DNA of 64,000 nucleotides from the human T2T-CHM13v2.0 reference genome, Homo sapiens: NCBI RefSeq assembly GCF_009914755.1, contig NC_060928.1. One strand, written 5' to 3'. Positions 52,905-64,000 of this stretch are shown piece by piece (positions within the stretch are counted from its first letter, which is position 1; every line of letters starts with the position of its first letter). The position numbers and the translations under genes are program-made. The notes beneath the pieces are model-generated. The model was not told the DNA's origin and ran no database searches. It saw nothing but the letters and a program-made list of their open reading frames with translations.

Positions 52905-53545
52905 TTTTACCTTTTTTTATTTTAATTTTTAATTTTTTAATTTTTGTGGGCATGTAGTAGGTGTATATATTTCTGGGGCACATTAAATACTTTGATACAG
53001 GGATGCAATGTGTAGTAATCATAATAAATGGGATATCCCCTCAAGCACTTATCCTTTGTGTTACAATCCAATTATACTCTTAGTTATTTTTAAATGTACA
53101 ATTAAATTATTATTGATTATAGTCACCCTGTTGTGCTATCAATTCTAGGTCTTATTCACTTTTTTTTTTTTTACTTTTGAGACAGTCTCGCTCTGTCGCC
53201 CAGGCCATAGAGCAGTAGGGCAATGTCGGCTCACTGCAACCTCCACCTCCCAGGTTCAAGTGATTCTCCTGCCTCAGCCTCCCTGTAACTGGGACTACAA
53301 GTGCATGCCACCATGCCCAGCTAATTTTTGTATTTTTAGTAGAGACGGGGTTTCACTATGTTGGCCAGGATGGTCTCAAACTCCTGACCTCAAGTGATCC
53401 ACCTTCTTTGGCCTCCCAAAGTGCTGGGATTACAGGCGTGAGCCACCGCACTTGGCCCTTATTCACTATTTCTAACTACTTTTTGTACCCATTAACCATC
53501 CCCACATCCCCCTCTCCCACCCCCACTACCCTTCCCAGCACCAGC
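52905..53545 (-). mobile_element. L1MA 3' end interrupted by an AluS (53160-53457, TSD CTTATTCACT)
   Basis: L1MA 3'UTR motifs; CTTATTCACT at 53151 and 53458. Confidence 0.85.
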
Positions 53546-54049
53546 TTTTTCAGCCCTTCCAGGTGAGCTCTTTGAAGTTTGTTTTTTAACTCTAAGGTCT
53601 TGAAAAGCTCAACCAGTCCTGTATGCTGATTTCATATCTTCCTAAGGAATCCTTGGGTGCCACTTCATTTTCTGAGCCCAGCATTTTGTTCATGCCTCTC
53701 CTTCAGCCCTTGTTCTGCACCATAATTACGTGCTCATCTTTTGCATTAGACTATGAGCACTAAAAGAATTCATGTATTCTCATCTTTTTGTTTCTTATGC
53801 CCAGCATAGAGCATGACCTATAATAGATGATCATAAATGTTGATAGAATGATTCACTGTTCCAATGTCTTCTACAGAAGTCTTTTGCATTAGTCCAGTGC
53901 TTAAAGCATATTCACACTAGCATAGTTCAACCAAATATTCTTAAGAGCAATAAAAAACAAGTGAAAAACCATATAAAGGCCTACTCCACCCACACTGAGT
54001 TATCAGTTTTTTTTTTATGAAGTCAGAAATACCATAATCATGAGCTTAG

Positions 54050-55118
54050 ACTTAAAATTAACTTTAATTGGGATATAATTCATATACCATAAAATTTATC
54101 TTTTGAAAGTATCCAACTCAGAGGTTTGTAGTGTATTCACAAGGTTGTGCAACCATCGTGACTACCTAATTCCAGAACATTTTCATCACCCCCAAAAGAA
54201 ACCCATACTCAATAGGAGTCACTCCCCAATTTCCCCTCCCCCCAGCTCTGGCAATCACTAATCTGCTTTCTGTCTCTATGAATTTGCCAATTCTAGACAT
54301 TTCATATAAGTGGAACCATACAATATGTGACCTTCTGTGTCTGGCTTCTTTCACCTAACATAACATATTCCAGGTTCATCCATGTTGTAGCCTTTATCAG
54401 TGCTTTATTCATTTTTATGGCTGAATAATATTCCATGGTATGGATATGCCACATTTTGTTTATCCATTCATCAAGTGGATTGATTCCATTTGTTTGTTCA
54501 TTTGTTTTAATCTTTTGTTTTAAGTTCAGGGGTACATATGAAGATTTGTTGTATTTGTAAACTTGTGTCATGGGGGTTTGTTGTACAGATTATTTCATCA
54601 CTTATGTACCAGGCCTTGTACCCAGTAGTTATTTTTCCTGATCTACTTCCTCCTCCCATTCTTCACCCTCTAGTAGGCCCCAGTGTCTGTTGTTCCCCTC
54701 TTTGTGTCCATGTGTTCTCATCATTTAGCTCACACTTATACATGAGAACATGCGGTATTTGGTTTTCTGTTCCTGCGTTCTTTTGCAAAGGATGATGGCC
54801 TCTAGCTCCATCCATGTTCCCACAAAAGACATGGTTTCGGTCATTTTTATGGCTTCACAGTATTCCATGGTATATAGGTACCACATTTTCTTTATCCAGT
54901 CTGTCATTGATGGGCATTTAGGTTGATTCCATGTCTTTGCTACTGTGAATAGTGCTACAACAAACATTCATGTGCTTGTGTCTTTATGGTAGAATGATTT
55001 CTATTCCTTTGGGTATATACCCAGAAATGGGATTGCTGGATGGAATGGTGGTTCTGTTTTTAGCTCTTTGAGGAATTGCCACACTGGTTTCCACAATGGT
55101 TGAACTAATTTACACTTG
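54050..55118 (-). mobile_element. L1MB 3' end (54050-54480) abutting an L1PA13-16-like 3' end (54495-55118)
   Basis: ORF-track translations of L1 3' regions (54166..54354, 54725..54967). Confidence 0.8.
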
Positions 55119-56199
55119 GAGTATTTTAAATCCTTCCCTCAGCTTGCTCTGAATTAAATTTGTTCTATTTTCAGTACAAGTGAATCAGTGTGAGATTTGC
55201 ATATTTATCAAAATAAAAGGATATATGACAAGTAAATGTAATGCAGTGTCTTGGGCGTGATCCTGGAACAGAAAAAGAACATTAGATAAAAATTAAGGAA
55301 ATCTGAATCAACTGTGAAATTTAGTTGATAAAAGTATATCAACGTTGGTTCATTAGTTGAGACAAACATAGAATACTAATTCATGTAAGATGTTAACATT
55401 AGGGGAAAGTGAATATAGGGTATATGGGAACTCTCTGAACTATGGGAACTATCTTTGCAATTATTCTGTAAGTCTAAATTATTCCCAAATGAAATGTTTA
55501 TTTAAAAAATATTTTTTCAAAAAATGAGACCAGAACCTAATTCCCATAAAAATACTTTGAAAAGACTATATTTGAAGAATAAGTTGACTATTAGGAGTTT
55601 GCTAAATGAGCTATAAATATCTGAAGATATAATTAAATAGGATTAGATAAACTAAAAATACTTAAATATAAAAATATGTGTTATTTGAACTTCTCCACCT
55701 CCTACCAAAGAACCCCTGTCAGCAGAGGAGGTGAAGGGGGAAGAGGCTCTGGGGACTGAGTCCAGGGAAGCCGGCTTCAAGTGCCAAGTGTTTGGCAAGT
55801 TTCTTGGGTCCTCATGGTAACTCACGTATATAGGCTACCTTGAGGCTTGTCTTAGCCTGGCGTTCCATCTGGAAAAAACATAAAACTGATTCTAAAAAGC
55901 ATTGAAAAGTGACAAAAGTCTGTTAATGTTTCTTAAGGAGCCATCACAGAGGTTTATGGGCCACAATACCTAACAAGAGTTCCCACAAATCCACTCAGAC
56001 CTCTCTCACACTCTCATGTTCCCACTCCTCACAGGAACTCTCTCATTGCTCTGTTCCCTCTCAAATCCAAAACACGCTGTCCCTAGACTCATTGCTCTCT
56101 TCCCCTCTGCTGTCCTTTTCCTTACTCCCGCCTCTAGAATCCATTTGTTCCTCCCTCCAAGTGGCTCCACTCCACTTCTTTAGAGCCATGGTCCCTTCT

Positions 56200-56605
56200 T
56201 TGTGGTGGGAGGGATTACCGGTCTGTGGTTAGAGTGTCCATCCACCAAGACTCTGGTTCTCTTCCGCCTGAGCGTGAGGTAGGATTTAACATCCCTGGCC
56301 ATTCTCTTCCTTCAGCCAATGGAACGTGAGCAGAAATGACATGTCATTTCTAGGCAGAAGGCTTCAGGGGCTGGTATGTGACTCCTGACCTTTCCTTCCC
56401 TCCGCAAACACTGTCATTCCAGGTGGTGGAGCCTCCCTCAGCGTGCTTTCCCTCAGCGTGCTCGCTTGAGTGAAAAAACGTGAAGCCCTCCATCCAACCA
56501 CAGGGACATATAGAAGGAGAAAGGAAAATATCTTTGTGGTTTTAAGCCCCTGAGTTTTGGGGGTCGTTGCTGAATACAACATAACATAGTTCATCCTAAC
56601 TATCA
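56200..56605 (+). mobile_element. MLT1J-like LTR
   Basis: GCCAATGGAACGTGAGCAGAAATGACATGTCATTTCTAGGCAGAAG...TTTAAGCCCCTGAGTTTTGGGG. Confidence 0.7.
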
Positions 56606-56649
56606 TGGAGCCACCATACCTCCAAGCAACACATAGTCTAAAAAATGAG

Positions 56650-56785
56650 TTCCCTCATTTTACACGTGAAGAAACTGAACCACGGGGAGGTTGAGTCACT
56701 TGCCCAGTATCACCTAGCTACAAAATCGTGAAGCCAGGATTGAAATCCAGGAAGTCCGGCTCCAGAGCCTGTGCTTTAACACCGT
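56650..56785 (-). mobile_element. MIR
   Basis: CATTTTACACGTGAAGAAACTGA...CTTGCCCAG...GAAGCCAGGATTGAAATCCAGG. Confidence 0.75.
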
Positions 56786-57061
56786 CCCCTAAAGACTCCC
56801 AGAGAAGACCAAGAAAGCATGGGACCGTCCTCCCTGCCTTTCCTCCCCACTCTGGGGCCGACTGCTACTTCCATCTTCCTGGGTGGTTTCCTAGGCCTGC
56901 TAGGTAGATGTTGTCCTGAAACTTACCTGTGTTAGAACCTTTCCCTGGATCTGTGTTTTTTCTTTATTGGTTTACTCCCTTGTTTTGCTGAAGCTTCCTA
57001 AGTGGCTCATAGGAAAGGATGCATGAGAGGTAAACTTTTGAAGCCTTCCTTGAAAGTTTAA

Positions 57062-57724
57062 GATTACATTATATTTTTAAATTATACATAAATATTATAT
57101 ATTTATTATAAATATAAATGTATAAATATATACAAATTTGTTATATATTAATTATAATTAATATAACATATATTTATATATTAATATGTTATATATTTAT
57201 TATATATTAATATGTAATTAATATATAATTAATATATTAAATAATATAGTAAATATATATTTATATATTAAATATAGCAAATATATAATGATTTATACTT
57301 ATATTAAAATATTAAATACACAATTATGTATGAGTGTATTAGTCAGGTAATAATTTTTTTATATTTACTTATTATATTATAATAAATATGTTTATTATAA
57401 TATAAATATATTACCTGACTAATACACACTTCATAATTGATAGTTCAGAGGATATATTTATATATAATAAAAATATATAAATAAAATATATATTCATGTA
57501 CTATATAATATACAATGTTTTATTTATATATAATATAAATACATAAAATATGATATATGATAGTTACAATAAATTTATAAGTATATATTTATAATATAAA
57601 TTATATATAACATATTTATAATATAAATATATATTATATAACAGATTTATAATATAATAAATTTATTATAACTACAATATAAATTTATAAATATATAAAA
57701 TGTATATAAATATTATATTTTAAA
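57062..57724. repeat. AT-rich low-complexity insert between 17-bp direct repeats
   Basis: Nearly pure A/T; CTTCCTTGAAAGTTTAA at 57045-61 and 57725-41. Confidence 0.9.
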
Positions 57725-57754
57725 CTTCCTTGAAAGTTTAAAAATATTAACCAT

Positions 57755-58165
57755 TGTGATGGTTAATTTTATGTGGCAACTTGGCTGGGCCGCAGAGCCC
57801 AGATATGTGTCAAAAATTATTCTGAATATTTCTGCGAGGATGTTGGGATGAGATTAACATTTACATAGATGAATTTTGAGCAAAGCAGGTTGCCCTTCAC
57901 AGTGTGGGTGGACCTCATCCAATCATTTCAAGGCCTGGATAGAACAAGACTGGCCTGCCCTGAGCAAAAGGGAATTCGGTCAGTGGATGCCTTTCACACC
58001 TGAACTGCAGCATTAGCTCTTCCCTGGGTCTCCAGTCTACAGGCCAACCCTGCAGATTTTGGACATGCTGGCCTCCTTAATTGTGTGAGACAGTTCCTTA
58101 AATCTCATAGATATTTATACATGCATCCTGTTGGTTCTGTTTCTGTGGAGAACCTGACTCATACA
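57755..58165 (+). mobile_element. MLT2 (ERVL) solo LTR
   Basis: TGTGATGGTTAATTTTATGTGGCAACTTGGCTGGGC ... GGAGAACCTGACTCATACA. Confidence 0.85.
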
Positions 58166-58468
58166 TAATTCATATAAGTGACGGTTCAGAGGATACAGTA
58201 TTCTCTCCCAAAAATAATAGCTCCTCAGAATGTTGAGGGTATTACTCCATGGTCTTCAAATATTTTAGGTTGGTACTGAAAGTCTTTTTGTCATTCTATT
58301 ACTGTTGCTTTGAATGCGGCTCTTTGCCCACTCTTTCTGGGGAAATGAAAAGGATTTTTGTGTGTGTGTCTCAAGTGTTTTGATATTTCATCATTTTACA
58401 CACGCACACACACACACACACACACATTTGTTGTTGTTGTTAAGGTCTTTTTTAAAATGTGCTGTTCT

Positions 58469-59540
58469 GGAAATACCATTCTGGATATGAGCCCTGGCAA
58501 AGATTTCATGACAAAGACTGTAAAAGTAATTGCAACAAAAACAAAAATTGACAAGTGAGACCTAGTTAAACTAAAGAGTTTCTGCCCAGTAAAAGAAACT
58601 ATCAGCAGAGTAAAGAGACAACCTACAGAATGGGAGAAAATATTTTCAAACTATGCATCTGAAAATGGTCTAATATCCAGAATCTATAAGGAACTTAAAT
58701 AAATTATTAAACAAAAATAATCCCATTTAATAAACGGGCAAAGGACATGAACAGACACTTCTCAAAAGAAGACATACACACAGCCAACAAACATATGAAA
58801 AAAATGCTTAACATCACTAATCATTAGGGAAATGCAAATCAAAACCACAATGAGATACCACCTCCCACCAGTCAGAATGGCTATTATAAAAAGTCAAAAA
58901 TTAACAGATGCTGGTAAGGTTGTGGAGAAAAGGGAACACACACTGCTGGTGGGAATGGAAACTAGTTCAGTCACTGTGGAAAGCATTTTAGAGATTTCTC
59001 AAAGAATGTAAAACAGAACTACCATTCGACCCAGCAATCCCATTGTGAGGTATGTACCCAAAGGAATATAAAGCGTTCTACCATAAAGATACATGCAGAT
59101 CTATGTTCATCATGGGACTATTCACAAAAGCAAAGACATGGAATCAACCTAAGTGTCCATGAACAGATGACTAGATAAAGAAAATGTGGTATATATACAC
59201 AGTGGAATACTATGCAGCCATAAAGGAGAATGAAATCATGTCCTTTGCAGCAACGTAAATGCAGCTGGAGGCCATTATCCTAAGCAAATTAACACAGAAA
59301 CAGAAAACCAAATGCTACATGTTCTCTTGTATAAGTGAGGACTAAACATTGAGTACACATGGACACAAAGAAGGGAACAACGGATACTAGTTCTACTTGA
59401 GAGTGGAGGGTGGGAGGAGAGTAGTCTGTACACCAAACCTCCTGACCTGTAATTTAACCATGTAACAACCCTGCACATGTACCCTCTGTAAAATGAAAGA
59501 TGGGAAAACAACAACAACAACAATAATAATAGTAATAATG
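58469..59540 (+). mobile_element. L1PA15/16- or L1PB-like 3' fragment
   Basis: ORF2 C-terminal and 3'UTR motifs, (CAA)n/(AAT)n tail. Confidence 0.85.
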
Positions 59541-59544
59541 ATAG

Positions 59545-60568
59545 GGAAATAACCCAATTAAAAAATGGGACAAAGACCTTAACAGATACCTCACAAAAGA
59601 AGATACGCAGGTGTCAAATAAGTATATGAATATACATCCCATATCATATGTCACCAGGGAAATGCAAATTAAAACAATGAGATACCGCTACACACATGAG
59701 AAGGGCCAAGATGCAGAACACTGACAACATCAAATGCTGACAAGGGTGTGGAGTAACAGGAACTTTCATTCATTGCTGTTGGGAATGAAAAATGCTACAG
59801 CCATTTTGGAAGACAGTTTGGTAGCCACTTACAAAGCTAAACATACTCTTACCATATGATCCAGCAATTGGGCTTTTCAATATTTACTGAAATGTGTTGA
59901 AAACGTATCTACACACAAAAACCTGCACTTGGATGCTTATAGCAGCTTTATTCATAATTGCCAAAACTTGGAAGCAACCAAGATGTCCTTCTGTAGGTGA
60001 ATGAACAAATATGCCCAGATAATGAAATATTATTCAGTGCTAAAAAGAAATGGGCTGTCAAGTGTGAAAAGATAAACAGAAAAATTAAAGGCATATTACT
60101 GAAAGAAAAAATTAATCTGAAACAGCTACATACTGCGTGAGTTAAACTATATGATATTCTGGAAAAAAAAAAAAAACAAAAAATATGGAGACAGCAAAAA
60201 TCTCAATTGCTCCTAGGAGTTAAGGATAGGGAAGGATGAATAGGCGGAAGACAGAGGATTATTAGGACAGTAAAAATACTCTGTATGATACCATGATGGT
60301 GTACACATGTCGTTATGCATTTATCCAAACCTATAGACTATGCAACACCAAGAGTGAACCCTAATGTCAACTGTGGACTTTGGGTGATAATGATCTGCCA
60401 ATGTATGTTCGTGAATTGCAACATCCCCCACTCTGGTGGGGGATGTTGATAATGGGGGAGGCTATTCCTGTGTGGGGCAGAGGATGTATGGGAAATCTCT
60501 GTACCTTCCACTCAGTTTTGCTGTGAACCTAAAACTATTTTAAAAACTAAAAACTATTACAAATAAAT
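59545..60568 (+). mobile_element. L1MC1-like 3' end
   Basis: ACACCAAGAGTGAACCCTAATGTCAACTGTGGACTTTGGG...GGGAAATCTCTGTACCTTCC. Confidence 0.8.
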
Positions 60569-62094
60569 AGAAATATGCTGCTCCAGGCCCTCAACAGGCC
60601 TTTTCAGCCTGGGAACTCACGAGCTCCTATTCTTCTATTCTGGAAATGTTCTTTCCTCATGCATGTACTTCATTAGACCATAATACGCTTTGTCAAGGCA
60701 GGAACCATGTGATTCTTGCTCATGATTCTTTTATGGTGCCTAGTGAAGTACCTGGAGCCCAATAGCTATTTAATGAGTGAACTAATGAATGAATGAATGC
60801 AGGAAAGAACATGAGTGCTTTGGGAAGAAGATATTCCGCTGAGCTTCGGGGATGCCAAGCTTAAGGTGTACATTGTATGTAAGAGCCTAGACCCACGAAA
60901 TATATCAAGGCTGCAAATGTAGGCTAGGGAGGTAACTGCATATATTTGGTACTTGAAGCCCTGGTGGTGATATGGTCTCCCTGGAAAGGTATATGGAGTG
61001 AAAAGAAAAGAAAGTGGCTAGTAAAGGGCAGTAAAGTCCATGGTTTCTCTGAATGAAGAAAAAATGTTGTTTTCCAAAATTTCCAAACAAAAGCGAAACT
61101 CATGGAGAATTTTCCATTATCCTATGGCTTTCTCTATGTCTCAGCAGAACTTTTCATATACTGTAAGAAGCATGATACTAGAGTACACTAATTATTAAGG
61201 TTCATCACCAAAACTCACCCCTTCTATATCCACAGAGAAAGAGGCATATGCGGGTAGGTAACAGAAATGACAGGAAAAGCTATTGACAGATGAGAATAGT
61301 GGCCAGAAGAGAAATATAGGTGAAGTGTTCTGGCCTACCCAAACCCTCAGTCTCCAGCCCAGATCCTCGGCTCCTGAAAACACTACAAAATACTCCCCCA
61401 GTACTCCACCCCTGCCACTAGCAAGTATCACTTGCAGGCCCATCCTTTGCTCTCTTAACCATGCCCACATGCTCTTTCCCACCGCGTCTTATTCCTCCTC
61501 TCTAAGAAGTCTTATTCTCTGTGTAAGAAAGCTTAAGTCCTCTGCTTGTTCAGCCTAGCTTGAACTGAAACCAATATCCCCAATACCAGCTAAAGTTAGC
61601 TAACGTGATCTAATTCCTGGATATTTAGGGCCCCCTCTAACTGCCTCTGTCACCAGCAAAATCACCTGCTGGGAACTGACTCTCAGCCCAGGTTCTATTT
61701 CTGTCCCCCACCCGCTTCATCTACCTCTGTAAGTTCTGAACCATCTCAGAATGAAGCTCCCAGAGAAACCCTGCCCTGCATGGTATATTCCTGCCACTGC
61801 ATGCTTGCAGATGCGCTCATAATTGAATTTGTTCATTTTAATGGTGGAAGTTTGGGCACCTGGGAGCCAATTTTAGAAAATGCATTGGCTATTGGACAAA
61901 ATGATGAAGTCCAGATCTAGCATGTGGGTCTGAGATTCTCCACTACTGGGCTAGCTAACCAGATTGCTAAAAGGAAGTAGAAAGAGTTTATGTGTTGTGA
62001 CATTCTATACAAACAAGAATTCAGTTCACATTAGTGGAAAGTATTAAGAATCAATCTTTCTCCACAATGAAAAACACTGAATAAAATATATTTA

Positions 62095-62480
<386 letters not shown>

Positions 62481-62759
62481 TCATGCCACATTTTGGTGGG
62501 AAAAGCCTGAACCTGGAAGCCAAAGAAAAAAAGTATCTGAGCAACAAAACCCTTCTAAGGGGGCTTACTGACACTGATCACTTAGTCTTGAGTTCCCCAG
62601 CCTCATGTGGCCAAAAGGACAGAGTCAAGGCCCAGGGCCACTCAAGAAGAGGAAACTTGGGGATAACATTTTCTATGTCAAATGAACCCCAAAACACTAC
62701 ATAATAAAATAAATTATAAACAGAACTAAACTCCTCCTACTTCCCAGTAGTAATGGAAC

Positions 62760-62925
62760 AGGGAAAAACAAACAAAAGAGAAAAAAGAGAGAAAGAAAAA
62801 AAGAGAAGAAAAGAAAGGGAAGAGAGAAAGAGAAAGAAAGAAGAAAGAAGAAATAGAAAAGGAAGAAAGAGAAAGAAGAAAGAAAAAGAAAGAAAGAAAA
62901 AGAAAAAGAAAGGAAAAGAAAGAAT
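62760..62925. repeat. Polypurine (GA-rich) tract
   Basis: ~165 nt almost entirely A/G. Confidence 0.9.
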
Positions 62926-63389
62926 CAAATCCCTAAGAAGTTATGGGCATAGATTGGTCCTCATAAGTATTTGTACTCTAGACAAACATAGCCTGGGTGA
63001 ACAGAGAATCTCAAGTTGAGACCATCCACAACCAGTGTGCCCTTGCACTTGGCAGAAACAAAGGCAAAACCTCTATGAAACAGGAATAATTTATCCTAGG
63101 CACCAGGGAACCCACAAATTTTTCTTAAGGGCAATGACCAGCAAGCAAAAAATACTAGACACACAAGAAAGCAAGGCAACATGAATGAAAATTGGTAGAA
63201 CAAAAGAGACTACCCAAATTTCAGCTATTCAAATTAGCAGGCACAAATTATATAAATGATAAGTTTGAAAATCTCTGTAAGAAACCATTAAATACAGAAA
63301 ATCCCTGTAAGAAACCATTAAATAAGATTTCTGTAAGAAATCTTAAATACAGCAGATTTAAGAAAAAGCAACATAGAAATTCTAGAAAT

Positions 63390-64000
63390 AAGCCAAGCAT
63401 GCTGGTTCATGCTTTGGGAGGCTGAGACAGGAGGATTGTTTGAGATCAGAAGTTCAAGACCAGCCTGGACAACATAGCAAGACCCATTTTTACAAAAAAA
63501 AAAAAAAAAGCTGGCATGGTGGTATGTGCCTGTAGTCCCAGCTACTTGGGAGCCTGAGGTGAGAAGATTGCTTGAGACCAGAGAGTTCAAGGCTGCAGTG
63601 AGCTATGATCGCACAGCTATACTCCAGCCTGAATGACGGAGAAAGACCCTGTCTCTTAAAACACACACAGACACACACACTCACACACACACACACACAC
63701 CAACAACCAAAATAAAAACTCAAAAGACATGTTTGGTAGTAGAAAATTAGTGAGCTAGAAGATAGGGCAAAAGAAATCACTCAGAGTGTGTAACAGAGAA
63801 CATAGAAAATACAGCACAGGGAGTGATGGCTCATGCCTGTAATCCCAACACTTTGGGAGGCCGAGGCGGGCGGATCACCTGAGGTAAAGAAATTGAGACC
63901 AGCCTGGCCAGCATGGTGAAACCCCGTCTCTACTAAAAATACAAAAATTAGCAGGGCGTGGTGGGGCACATCTGTAATCCCAGCTACTCAGGAGGCTGAG
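63390..64000 (+). mobile_element. AluJ with (CA)n tail (63390-63720) and an AluS running off the window end (63815-64000), within an old L1M
   Basis: Alu motifs. Confidence 0.85.

Noticed and set aside
62753-63019. Lys/Arg/Glu-rich 88-aa ORF
   Set aside because: Translation of a polypurine simple repeat.
63267-63349. CRISPR-like repeat array
   Set aside because: Head-to-tail duplication without unique spacers, in mammalian DNA.

Overview
Primate, almost certainly human, genomic DNA (an L1HS-Ta element is present). It holds the 3' end of the + strand gene SLAIN2, a microtubule plus-end tracking scaffold: a 78-nt frame-preserving cassette-type exon (1605-1682), a ~25.5-kb repeat-filled intron, a 319-nt exon (27165-27483), the last coding exon ending ...DDSWKDGCY* (29051-29117) and a ~4-kb 3'UTR. 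About 31 kb of repeat-rich intergenic DNA follows. Nearly every ORF in the supplied track comes from Alu, L1 or simple repeats. I see no evidence for a new gene system. The most notable items are genome-history features: (i) a human-specific L1HS Ta-0 insertion with a twin-priming inversion inside the SLAIN2 intron; (ii) two more twin-primed L1s, one with its breakpoint ~56 nt from that of the L1HS; (iii) an LSM2 processed pseudogene in the sense orientation with its poly(A) signal; (iv) three complex templated-insertion or fold-back scars (4242-4441, 33645-33723, 57045-57741) made from short copies of nearby DNA. Repeat subfamily names come from recalled consensus sequences and old-repeat boundaries are approximate.
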